This document shows positions 1 through 6,616 of a DNA stretch of 62,946 bases, piece after piece (position 1 is the stretch's first letter; each line of letters starts with the position of its first letter). The stretch comes from a virus. The stretch lies in IMG/VR virus record IMGVR_UViG_3300045988_087398; one strand, 5' to 3'. The position numbers and the translations under genes are program-made. Below the pieces are notes generated by a model. It did not search any database. It was not told the origin of the DNA and saw only the letters and a program-made list of their open reading frames with translations.

Positions 1-234
1 GGTAATGCTTGGGTATGTGATAATGCTTGGGTATGTGATAATGCTCGGGTATGTGGAGATGCTAATGTGTGTGGTAATGCTTGGGTATGTGATAATGCTT
101 GGGTGTCTGGTGATGCTCGGGTGTCTGGTGATGCTCGGGTGTCTGGTAATGCTCAGGTGTCTGGTGATGCTCGGGTATGTGGAGATGCTAATGTGTGTGG
201 AGATGCTAATGTGTGTGGTGATGCTCAGGTGGAT
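1..234 (+). repeat. 13 tandem 18-nt units (consensus GGTGATGCTCGGGTGTCT) encoding hexapeptide repeats
   Basis: Direct reading: ggtaatgcttgggtatgt / gataatgcttgggtatgt / ... / ggtgatgctcaggtggat, all in frame 1. Three more units lie at 62892..62945. Confidence 0.9.
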
Positions 235-465
235 AAGAGCATCAATTATGCCGTGATCAAAGGTTTCGGCACTTGTTATAGATCTACGACATTTTTCAGA
301 TGTCAAGACAAAACAGTAAAAGTATCCTGTGGATGTTTTTTAGGAACCATCGACGAATTCAGAAATCAAGTAAAAAACACGCGTGGAGGAAAAATTGCAA
401 AAGAATATTTAATGATTGCTGATCTAATGGAAATACATTTTTCGGAGGATGGATACGATGGTTAA
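1..465 (+). CDS. Hexapeptide-repeat (beta-helix-like) protein; 3' part of the junction-spanning gene that starts at 62748
   Basis: Frame 1 is open from nt 1. Repeats read [GD][ND]A[WRNQ]V[CS], followed by a Cys-containing C-terminal domain. It joins 62748..62946 in frame through the 55-nt overlap. Confidence 0.7.
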   Translation, partial: GNAWVCDNAWVCDNARVCGDANVCGNAWVCDNAWVSGDARVSGDARVSGNAQVSGDARVCGDANVCGDANVCGDAQVDKSINYAVIKGFGTCYRSTTFFRCQDKTVKVSCGCFLGTIDEFRNQVKNTRGGKIAKEYLMIADLMEIHFSEDGYDG

Positions 466-507
466 AAAATTTTAAGATGCATCACAGTAGAAAGGAGATG
501 AGAAGAA

Positions 508-705
508 ATGATTAAATTAGAAGATTTACTTGCTGTTGCAAAAAACAATATAGCAATAATGAATGGTAGCTTTCAATCGATTGTGGTTAATGTTTGTCAT
601 CTCGAAGACTTGCCGTTACCTGATAGTCTATTAAAACGTAACATAAAAGAAATGGAAGCAAAAGATGATATTATTTTAGTTTGGTTGGAAGGGTATGGTG
701 ATTAG
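508..705 (+). CDS. Small hypothetical protein (MIKLxDLL...VWLE family, paralog of 61664..61924)
   Basis: ORF with GGAGATG RBS. Shares the N-terminal MIKL(E/R)DLL and C-terminal (L/Q)VWLE(G/D) segments with 61664..61924. Confidence 0.55.
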   Translation: MIKLEDLLAVAKNNIAIMNGSFQSIVVNVCHLEDLPLPDSLLKRNIKEMEAKDDIILVWLEGYGD

Positions 706-707
706 AA

Positions 708-1541
708 ATGATTAAATTAGAAAACGTAGTTCTGGCGAGTCCGGAGCAGATGGAGTTTATTATTGAAGGGATGCGGAATCCTATGAATAGTTGGGAGAAA
801 AGCGATAGTACAATAGTCAAAACCGATCATGAAGTTGATGATTATATTGATATTGGAAAGACTGATTATTTACTTATGCAGCGTTTATCTAATGCTGGTA
901 CAGACCGTAGAAACTTTATGAGAATGATGCCGGTGTATGTGAGAATCACCGCACCTTTATATTGGTGGAAAGATTTTGATGATCTTCCGGCGGCATATAC
1001 GATTGGTGTAATTTCTGACAATAGCAACGTGATAGATAAGATTCACGATAAAGAGTTTACGCTGGAGGATTTTTCGTGTGATCAGTTATCGACAGGTTTC
1101 GAAGAAGGCGACGATTTCATTAATTCTTTTATTGTGATGTCAGATGGAGATTCGGCTCATGATTATGAGTTATATCCTCGAGGAGTCCTCGAAATAGTCA
1201 TTGAGGGATTGAATAAAAATAGAAAAATGTTTCTTGATACCCGAAATAAAAAATATTGGTGGCAGATGATTCAGCTTCTTCCGAGTAGTTACAACCAGAC
1301 TCGTAATGTTATGATGAATTATGAGGTGCTGGCAAATATTTACCGGTGGAGAAAAGATCATAAGCTGGACGAATGGCGAGAGTTTTGTAAGTGGATCGAG
1401 CGGCTTCCATATTCGGAGTTGATTACACATCCTTCCAGCCCTATTACACAGGCTGGAGATATTGTGGGTCGGCTCGCCAGTGCTATGGCAGAAATATCTG
1501 AGAGTAAGAAAAAGGAGAAAACCGAAAATGAAAATGAATGA
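708..1541 (+). CDS. Hypothetical protein (weak ThyX-like APLYWWKDFD segment; no RHR motif seen)
   Basis: 277-aa ORF tightly packed after 508..705. The VYVRITAPLYWWKDFD segment recalls ThyX-like phage proteins, but catalytic motifs are absent. Confidence 0.55.
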   Translation: MIKLENVVLASPEQMEFIIEGMRNPMNSWEKSDSTIVKTDHEVDDYIDIGKTDYLLMQRLSNAGTDRRNFMRMMPVYVRITAPLYWWKDFDDLPAAYTIGVISDNSNVIDKIHDKEFTLEDFSCDQLSTGFEEGDDFINSFIVMSDGDSAHDYELYPRGVLEIVIEGLNKNRKMFLDTRNKKYWWQMIQLLPSSYNQTRNVMMNYEVLANIYRWRKDHKLDEWREFCKWIERLPYSELITHPSSPITQAGDIVGRLASAMAEISESKKKEKTENENE

Positions 1542-1815
1542 TAAAGCAAGCGTGGGTTGTATTTCTATAGAGGTTAAAGCAGGTTTTAGTTTGGATGCTG
1601 AGACTGCTAGAATTTGCATGGATTTATTAGCTATACATTATAAAAATCGTGGGTGCAAAGGTGTGGTTTTAAAATTCAATGATGATTGTGTCGAAGCTCA
1701 GCCATTACTTAGCAATGATGCAGTCGATGTTGCTATGGCAGCACCTTTGAATTGTGATGGTAAAGTAGATAACACCAGAGGTACTGGCCTGTGGCAGCCT
1801 GGCGATGAAGATTAA
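1528..1815 (+). CDS. Hypothetical protein
   Basis: ATG at 1528 preceded by AAAAGGAG. Overlaps the upstream stop by 14 nt. Confidence 0.55.
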   Translation: MKMNDKASVGCISIEVKAGFSLDAETARICMDLLAIHYKNRGCKGVVLKFNDDCVEAQPLLSNDAVDVAMAAPLNCDGKVDNTRGTGLWQPGDED

Positions 1816-1826
1816 GGAGGAATATT

Positions 1827-2051
1827 ATGATAGGAGTTAAATTGACTATTGTGTTGCTTATAACAACCTTTTTATCGACATTTATTGTCAAAGCAATTGT
1901 TGCTGGGCTAGATTTTAAAACTAAACTTTTGATTGGTTTAGATCAAGGACCAAAATGGTTTGAGAACATCTTAGTATTTCAAGGCGCATTAGTGTGTCTT
2001 GATTTCATTGGAGTCATATATTCAGTTATATGGCTCTTATTTTTTAGGTAG
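1827..2051 (+). CDS. Small membrane protein (2 predicted TM helices)
   Basis: AAGGAGG RBS. Hydrophobic stretches LTIVLLITTFLSTFIV and ALVCLDFIGVIYSVIWLLFF. Confidence 0.6.
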   Translation: MIGVKLTIVLLITTFLSTFIVKAIVAGLDFKTKLLIGLDQGPKWFENILVFQGALVCLDFIGVIYSVIWLLFFR

Positions 2052-2063
2052 GAGGGATAGGTT

Positions 2064-2384
2064 ATGCAGATATTAATATGTCCGGGTAATTTTAATTGTG
2101 TTGTCGGGGATTTGATGACTGAACTTAAAGATCAATTGTCTATAGTCTATCCGCGTATTATATATACCAAACACACAATTTATATTAGACCGGATATTGA
2201 AATACGGTTTGTGCCGCCATTTGCACAATTTGTTAGAGGAAGACATCCTGATTATTTTTGGACAGATTCTCTTGATGTGGATACTTACTTCAAGCATCGT
2301 CACGGAGTCAAGGAATTAAAAACATTTTCAGAAGTTGTTCATGTAGTTTTAGAAGAATGTATGAATAAAATTAAGGAGGAGTAA
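2064..2384 (+). CDS. Hypothetical protein
   Basis: ORF with GGAGGG RBS. Confidence 0.55.
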   Translation: MQILICPGNFNCVVGDLMTELKDQLSIVYPRIIYTKHTIYIRPDIEIRFVPPFAQFVRGRHPDYFWTDSLDVDTYFKHRHGVKELKTFSEVVHVVLEECMNKIKEE

Positions 2385-2386
2385 TT

Positions 2387-2671
2387 ATGGCTGATGCAAA
2401 GAAATGTGATAGATGCGGTAAGTATTATATTACGAACGAGCAGGAATTTAAGGGATGCAATCTAAGGGATCGGAGAAGTAACTCACCATCGATATTTTTT
2501 GATTTGTGTGATGAATGTGTTGGAAGATTGTGGAACTTTCTTAATTATCCAATTGAGACAGATAAAGCTGTAGATCATTATAATCAATCAAAGGACGATG
2601 TCAAACGTTCAGATGATACTTCAACACTTGATACGATAAAAATGTCTGGAGAATCATCTTCATCTCTTTAG
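2387..2671 (+). CDS. Zinc-ribbon protein
   Basis: AAGGAGGAG RBS. CDRCG...CDEC cysteine pairs. Confidence 0.6.
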   Translation: MADAKKCDRCGKYYITNEQEFKGCNLRDRRSNSPSIFFDLCDECVGRLWNFLNYPIETDKAVDHYNQSKDDVKRSDDTSTLDTIKMSGESSSSL

Positions 2672-2677
2672 ATTGTG

Positions 2678-2705
2678 GTCGCGAATAAAACATGCCTTTT
2701 TATGG
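2678..2705 (+). promoter_or_regulatory. TTCGCG-N14-TATTATGA element, copy A (gtCGCG-N14-TTTTATGG)
   Basis: gtcgcg aataaaacatgcct ttttatgg. Same 14-nt spacing and ACA position as the other copies. The leader is identical to that of copy 7. Confidence 0.6.
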
Positions 2706-2716
2706 AGGTGATATTT

Positions 2717-2893
2717 ATGAATAAGAATCTAATATATGATACTTTAGATTGCATGAGAGGTATTAAAAAGAAATATCCGTGGATACCTAAATTTATCATA
2801 CGGAGAGTTCTTTTTGCAGAAGAATGTTACATGCATAAAATTGGTATTATTGATTGGAAACCTGATCTAAAAAGTTGGTATTTTAAGAAATAA
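2717..2893 (+). CDS. Small hypothetical protein (cassette ORF, 58 aa)
   Basis: ATG 2717 after GGAGGTGAT RBS. Flanked by element copy A and the terminator at 2899. Confidence 0.55.
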   Translation: MNKNLIYDTLDCMRGIKKKYPWIPKFIIRRVLFAEECYMHKIGIIDWKPDLKSWYFKK

Positions 2894-2898
2894 GACCA

Positions 2899-2937
2899 AA
2901 GACTCAGTGTAGAAATACATTGGGTCTTTTATTTTTG
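2899..2937 (+). terminator. Rho-independent terminator (28 nt identical to 42705..42732)
   Basis: aagactcagtg-tagaaata-cattgggtctt stem-loop followed by TTTTATTTTT. Confidence 0.7.
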
Positions 2938-2968
2938 TTGGATTGAAAAAGAAAGGAGACGCAACAAA

Positions 2969-3217
2969 ATGTGGGATAAAGGAATAATTGAAATCGGAAA
3001 AGATATGTTTATTTATCATGCAAAAGTATTTGCTTTGCCATCTGAATTTGGTATTAATTGTGGAAGAATATCGAAATTGGAAATAAGGAGACAGTCTGAT
3101 GACACGATTGTTGTTCAGTATGACCGCGAATGGGTTGTTAGACCTAAAACAAAAGTAGATGAGTTAGCACTACAGCGGGTTTTGGATATTTATCCAATAA
3201 TTGACGAATGGACGTAA
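2969..3217 (+). CDS. Hypothetical protein
   Basis: ORF with AAAGGAGA RBS. Confidence 0.55.
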   Translation: MWDKGIIEIGKDMFIYHAKVFALPSEFGINCGRISKLEIRRQSDDTIVVQYDREWVVRPKTKVDELALQRVLDIYPIIDEWT

Positions 3218-3232
3218 TACGAAAGGAGAGGT

Positions 3233-3577
3233 ATGGCAGTGGATAATATATTTAAGAAATTAGAAGCATTAGGACAGAAAACAAATTGCACCATAAGCCT
3301 TGATTTTTATTGTATTGGCAGGTCGCGCCGCAATGTACAAATTGATGATTGCGAAACTAAGGAACACTGTTCTTGTGATGTTAACTGGGAATGGTCGGAA
3401 TATGAAATATTAAGAACTATTGCCAATGCTATTGAAGAAATGAAAGCACGACCAAAATGCTTTAATTGTAAGCATTATCATCCAGATCCTGGATTTTTTG
3501 AAATCTGCGGCTGTGATTGTAATAATTTCAGTAAATATGAAGATAAGAATAAGGTAGTGACATTTAATGAATTTTAG
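3233..3577 (+). CDS. Cys-rich hypothetical protein
   Basis: AAAGGAGAGG RBS. CFNCKHYH...CGCDC cluster. Confidence 0.55.
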   Translation: MAVDNIFKKLEALGQKTNCTISLDFYCIGRSRRNVQIDDCETKEHCSCDVNWEWSEYEILRTIANAIEEMKARPKCFNCKHYHPDPGFFEICGCDCNNFSKYEDKNKVVTFNEF

Positions 3578-3630
3578 TGATTATTCGGCATTCTCCATAA
3601 AACGTGGAATATTTTGGCATATCGTATTGA

Positions 3631-3661
3631 TCAACCGTAGATATCCTACGGTTTTATTTTT
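3631..3661 (+). terminator. Rho-independent terminator
   Basis: aaccgtag-atatc-ctacggtt hairpin followed by TTATTTTTT. Confidence 0.65.
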
Positions 3662-3744
3662 TGCCCGGGCTTTATCAAAGCGCAGGGTAGAAGACAAATT
3701 ATATAACTGGTGTTTATGTATGAAGATGAATGAGGTGATTGAAT

Positions 3745-4017
3745 ATGAAGGTAAAAGTTTTTGATTCTCGTAAGAGTATTGATCTGGAGAACCAGATAAA
3801 TGAATTTATCAAAGATAAAGTTGTTTATGATATTCGGCAGTCAACGTTCACAGTTCCGGCAAAAATTGATAAGGATGGTAAAACTGTTCGTGTTGATATT
3901 TTTAGCCGGGTGATTGTTATGTATGACAATGCTAAGAAGAATGTATTTAAGTCGAGTAGTTTGAGAAGTACCTTTGGAATATTTGATGATTTTGGAGGGG
4001 GTGTGAAGCCAGTATGA
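3745..4017 (+). CDS. Cse60-like small protein
   Basis: MKVKVFDSRKSIDLENQINEFI... resembles the sporulation protein Cse60 family by eye. GAGGTGA RBS. Confidence 0.45.
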   Translation: MKVKVFDSRKSIDLENQINEFIKDKVVYDIRQSTFTVPAKIDKDGKTVRVDIFSRVIVMYDNAKKNVFKSSSLRSTFGIFDDFGGGVKPV

Positions 4018-4181
4018 TAAATCTATTTGTTGAGAGTTATTGTCAGAATTGTCCATATTTTGAACCTGTGAAAGTAAATATGAGTATTCTAGGCGATTTT
4101 CATATAGAAGTTCGCTGTAAGGATATGAATAAATGTAATATCATACATAACCAGATTTTGGAAGAACAAGCTAAAAAGTAG
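4014..4181 (+). CDS. Small Cys-rich protein (55 aa; below ORF-track cutoff)
   Basis: ATGA start/stop overlap with the upstream gene. Translates to MINLFVESYCQNCPYFEP...RCKDMNKCN. Confidence 0.4.
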   Translation: MINLFVESYCQNCPYFEPVKVNMSILGDFHIEVRCKDMNKCNIIHNQILEEQAKK

Positions 4182-4193
4182 GAGGCGATTAAT

Positions 4194-4523
4194 ATGACTA
4201 CTATTGCAGTTTTATGTAAAGACAACAAAGATGCGGGTCATTTGTTTTGCGAACTGGTCGATGAACTTCGAGCGGACGGGGTGACGTTAAATCGTTTGAT
4301 ATGGCATCAATCAGTTATCGGGAATAAGAAATGTCGAGTTCGGGTTTATTCTTGTTCAGACGGCAGAGAAGAATGGAGAGGGACTAAGGTAGATATGACA
4401 TTCGGATTTTCAGTAAAGCAACAGCATGAAATATTAAAAGAAGGGTGTCGAGCCAGCCGGAAATATATTGAGATGAGGGATGATTATGCAGGGATCTTGA
4501 GTGGTTATTTTGGAGCAAAATAG
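4194..4523 (+). CDS. Hypothetical protein
   Basis: TAGGAGG RBS, 109-aa ORF. Confidence 0.55.
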   Translation: MTTIAVLCKDNKDAGHLFCELVDELRADGVTLNRLIWHQSVIGNKKCRVRVYSCSDGREEWRGTKVDMTFGFSVKQQHEILKEGCRASRKYIEMRDDYAGILSGYFGAK

Positions 4524-4766
4524 CTTGCATGGATGGAAAACTTGCACACACAGAAGTTGCATGGACGAAAATACTTGCATGGACGAAAGTTTTTTGAGAG
4601 TGATTTTTGTGAATTTTTTGGACGACTTGCATGCGTGCAATTTTGGACTTCAAAAAACCACGTATTTAAGCCATTTTTGGGCATTACTTGCACGTATGCA
4701 AGCACCCTTAATCGATATTAAAAAATATATATTATATAAGAAAATAAGCGCTTGCATGTGTGCAAG
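4524..4766. promoter_or_regulatory. Operator/iteron cluster: 4 direct CTTGCA(T/C) half-sites plus 3 inverted repeats (C)TTGCA-N4-TGCAA(G)
   Basis: Half-sites at 4524, 4541, 4556 and 4574; ttgcatggacgaaa is duplicated at 4557 and 4575. Inverted repeats at 4627..4640, 4687..4702 and 4751..4766. An AT-rich -10-like tatattatataag lies between the last two. Confidence 0.65.
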
Positions 4767-4789
4767 TTTTTAGGAGGTGAAAACAAACC

Positions 4790-5020
4790 ATGAGTGAAAC
4801 TGAATTTATTGACATTTTTAGCGATAATTTAAGAGATCTTATGATTGAGCGTAATTACACACAAAGATCGTTGGCAAAGGAAGCGGAATTGTCTGAATCA
4901 GCCATTACAAGATTTTTACAGAAAAAGTCTATGCCGACATTACGAGCAGTTATTAATTTATCTTTGTCGCTCAGTTGTGATGTGGACGATCTGATTCCAA
5001 CATATGATTATATCAAGTAG
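4790..5020 (+). CDS. XRE-family helix-turn-helix transcriptional regulator (Cro/CI-like)
   Basis: NYTQRSLAKEAELSESAITRFLQKKSMPTLRAVINLSLSLSCDVDDL is a typical HTH_3 pattern. It sits directly downstream of the operator cluster. Confidence 0.75.
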   Translation: MSETEFIDIFSDNLRDLMIERNYTQRSLAKEAELSESAITRFLQKKSMPTLRAVINLSLSLSCDVDDLIPTYDYIK

Positions 5021-5035
5021 AAAGGAGACGAGTAA

Positions 5036-5176
5036 ATGTTATTATTTGAGTTTGCCGTAAAGTGCGTGGTGTTACTTCTTTGTGTTTATCCAATAGTGGA
5101 TAGAATCTGTAGATGTAAGGAGCGGAAATATGTAAGTGATATTGTTAAGAAATTTACTGATGATAACAAACAGTAA
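5036..5176 (+). CDS. Small membrane protein (46 aa; below ORF-track cutoff)
   Basis: AAAGGAGACGAG RBS. Translates to MLLFEFAVKCVVLLLCVYPIV... and is followed by a terminator. Confidence 0.4.
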   Translation: MLLFEFAVKCVVLLLCVYPIVDRICRCKERKYVSDIVKKFTDDNKQ

Positions 5177-5185
5177 ATTTATATT

Positions 5186-5222
5186 AAAGAGAGGCGTTGG
5201 TTTTTACTGACGCTTTTCTTTT
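5186..5222 (+). terminator. Rho-independent terminator
   Basis: gaggcgttgg...ctgacgctt stem followed by TTCTTTTT. Confidence 0.5.
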
Positions 5223-5246
5223 TGCAATGAAGGGAGAACAGAAATT

Positions 5247-5636
5247 ATGAGTTATAAAACAAAACGAGATGGAGTGCGAGTGAGGATTGTAGAAACTGGT
5301 GAAGAGTTCAATTCTATTCGAGCATGCGCATTCAGATTGGGCGTTGATGTTACTTGGCTTGGAAAAGTCACAAGAGGAAACAATGGATTATGTACTTGTA
5401 AAGGTTATCACATTATTCGTGTAGAAGATCCCCGAGCAAATTATGATATTTCGAGAAAAGAATATCGTGGAAGAAAAGGACGAGCTGTTCGGATAGTCGA
5501 AACCGGAGAAACATTTAATTCCATATCCGAATGTGCAGATGCAATTGGTGGTAGCGCTGGAAGTATTTGTGAAATATTGAGAGGTCACAATAGAAGAGCA
5601 ACGCACATGGGTTACCACTTTGAATATGTAAAATGA
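5247..5636 (+). CDS. Tandem NUMOD1-like DNA-binding protein with no nuclease domain
   Basis: Two internal repeats, RVRIVETGEEFNSIRACAFRLG... and AVRIVETGETFNSISECADAIG...GYHFEYV. They resemble homing-endonuclease DNA-binding modules. Confidence 0.5.
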   Translation: MSYKTKRDGVRVRIVETGEEFNSIRACAFRLGVDVTWLGKVTRGNNGLCTCKGYHIIRVEDPRANYDISRKEYRGRKGRAVRIVETGETFNSISECADAIGGSAGSICEILRGHNRRATHMGYHFEYVK

Positions 5637-5657
5637 TTCAGTGCGAATAAAACATAC

Positions 5658-5685
5658 CCCGCGGAAATATCATGCCCTTTTATGA
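5658..5685 (+). promoter_or_regulatory. TTCGCG-N14-TATTATGA element, copy B (ccCGCG-N14-TTTTATGA)
   Basis: cccgcg gaaatatcatgccc ttttatga. Preceded by the partial duplicate gtgcgaataaaacat (compare copy A). The following leader resembles 57854..57880. Confidence 0.5.
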
Positions 5686-5796
5686 GAGGAAAGTGTGATA
5701 TTCTGTATTTCACAACATTTCCTCTTACCTTTGACTTTGGAACGTACTCCGGTGTCCTTCGGGCCCGGGGTCATTTATATTTAAGGAGGGGTTAAA

Positions 5797-6087
5797 GTGA
5801 AAGAGAATAAGTTTCAGGCAGGATTAAAAAAGAAACTTAAAACGATGTTTCCCGGATGTATAGTAACCAAACTCGATTCGAGTGATATTCAAGGCATTCC
5901 AGATTTACTTGTCTTATATAAAGATAAGTGGGCTGCCTTAGAAGTCAAGAAAGAGGCGAAAGCTTCTCATAGACCGAATCAAGATTACTATGTTGAGAAA
6001 ATGAATGAGATGTCATTTTCCAGATTTATATTTCCAGAAAATGAGGAGGACGTATTAAATGAACTTCGTGAAACATTCAAATCTTGA
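5797..6087 (+). CDS. VRR-NUC domain nuclease
   Basis: GTG start after AAGGAGGGG. The GIPDLLVL...ALEVKKE segment is a PD-(D/E)xK core typical of VRR-NUC. Confidence 0.65.
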   Translation: MKENKFQAGLKKKLKTMFPGCIVTKLDSSDIQGIPDLLVLYKDKWAALEVKKEAKASHRPNQDYYVEKMNEMSFSRFIFPENEEDVLNELRETFKS

Positions 6088-6613
6088 GGGGCTTCATGCA
6101 CCATTCAGTGCTAGTCAGTCGGCATGGCTTAGATATGACACTGAAAAAGCACTAACCGTATATGATAATATGCGGGCAAAAGAAAGAGGGACAAAGCTTC
6201 ATGATTGGGCAAAGAGAACTATCGACTTAGGAATCAAACAGCCCAGATCAAATAAAACCTTGTATGCATATGTCAATGATGCTATTGGTTTTAAAATGAG
6301 TACCGAAGTGGTGTTATATTACTCACCATATTTCTTTGGTACAGCTGATGCTATATCATTTAGAAATAATAAATTAAGAATACATGATCTTAAGACTGGA
6401 AAATCTGGTCACATGGAGCAGCTTGAAGTATACGCTGCTCTTTTTTGTTTGGAATACAAAATCAAACCAGGAGATATACAGATGGAGTTACGCTTATATA
6501 AGGACAATGAAGTAATTGTTCATGAGCCAACTGCTGAAGATATTTTACCAATCATGGACAAGATCACGTCTCTTAACAAAGCATTAGAAAACTTTGACGA
6601 CAGGGAGGTGTAG
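6059..6613 (+). CDS. PD-(D/E)XK family nuclease (RecB/Cas4-like fold)
   Basis: GTADAISF...LRIHDLKTGK...QLEVYA reads as a D...D/ExK...Q..Y motif series. Confidence 0.55.
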   Translation: MNFVKHSNLEGLHAPFSASQSAWLRYDTEKALTVYDNMRAKERGTKLHDWAKRTIDLGIKQPRSNKTLYAYVNDAIGFKMSTEVVLYYSPYFFGTADAISFRNNKLRIHDLKTGKSGHMEQLEVYAALFCLEYKIKPGDIQMELRLYKDNEVIVHEPTAEDILPIMDKITSLNKALENFDDREV

Positions 6614-6616
6614 ATA

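Noticed and set aside
5-256. 83-aa ORF MLGYVIMLGYV... in frame 2 of the tandem repeat
   Set aside because: It is an alternative frame of the 18-nt repeats. Frame 1 continues the gene from 62748 across the junction and carries on into a non-repetitive C-terminal domain.
3567-3764. 65-aa ORF bridging 3233..3577 and 3745..4017
   Set aside because: It runs through a clear terminator hairpin (3631..3661) and has no RBS.
4384-4773. Several 60-90-aa ORFs on both strands across the CTTGCA repeat region
   Set aside because: They have no RBS and their composition is dominated by the repeated TTGCATG motif. The region reads better as an operator or iteron field upstream of the XRE gene.
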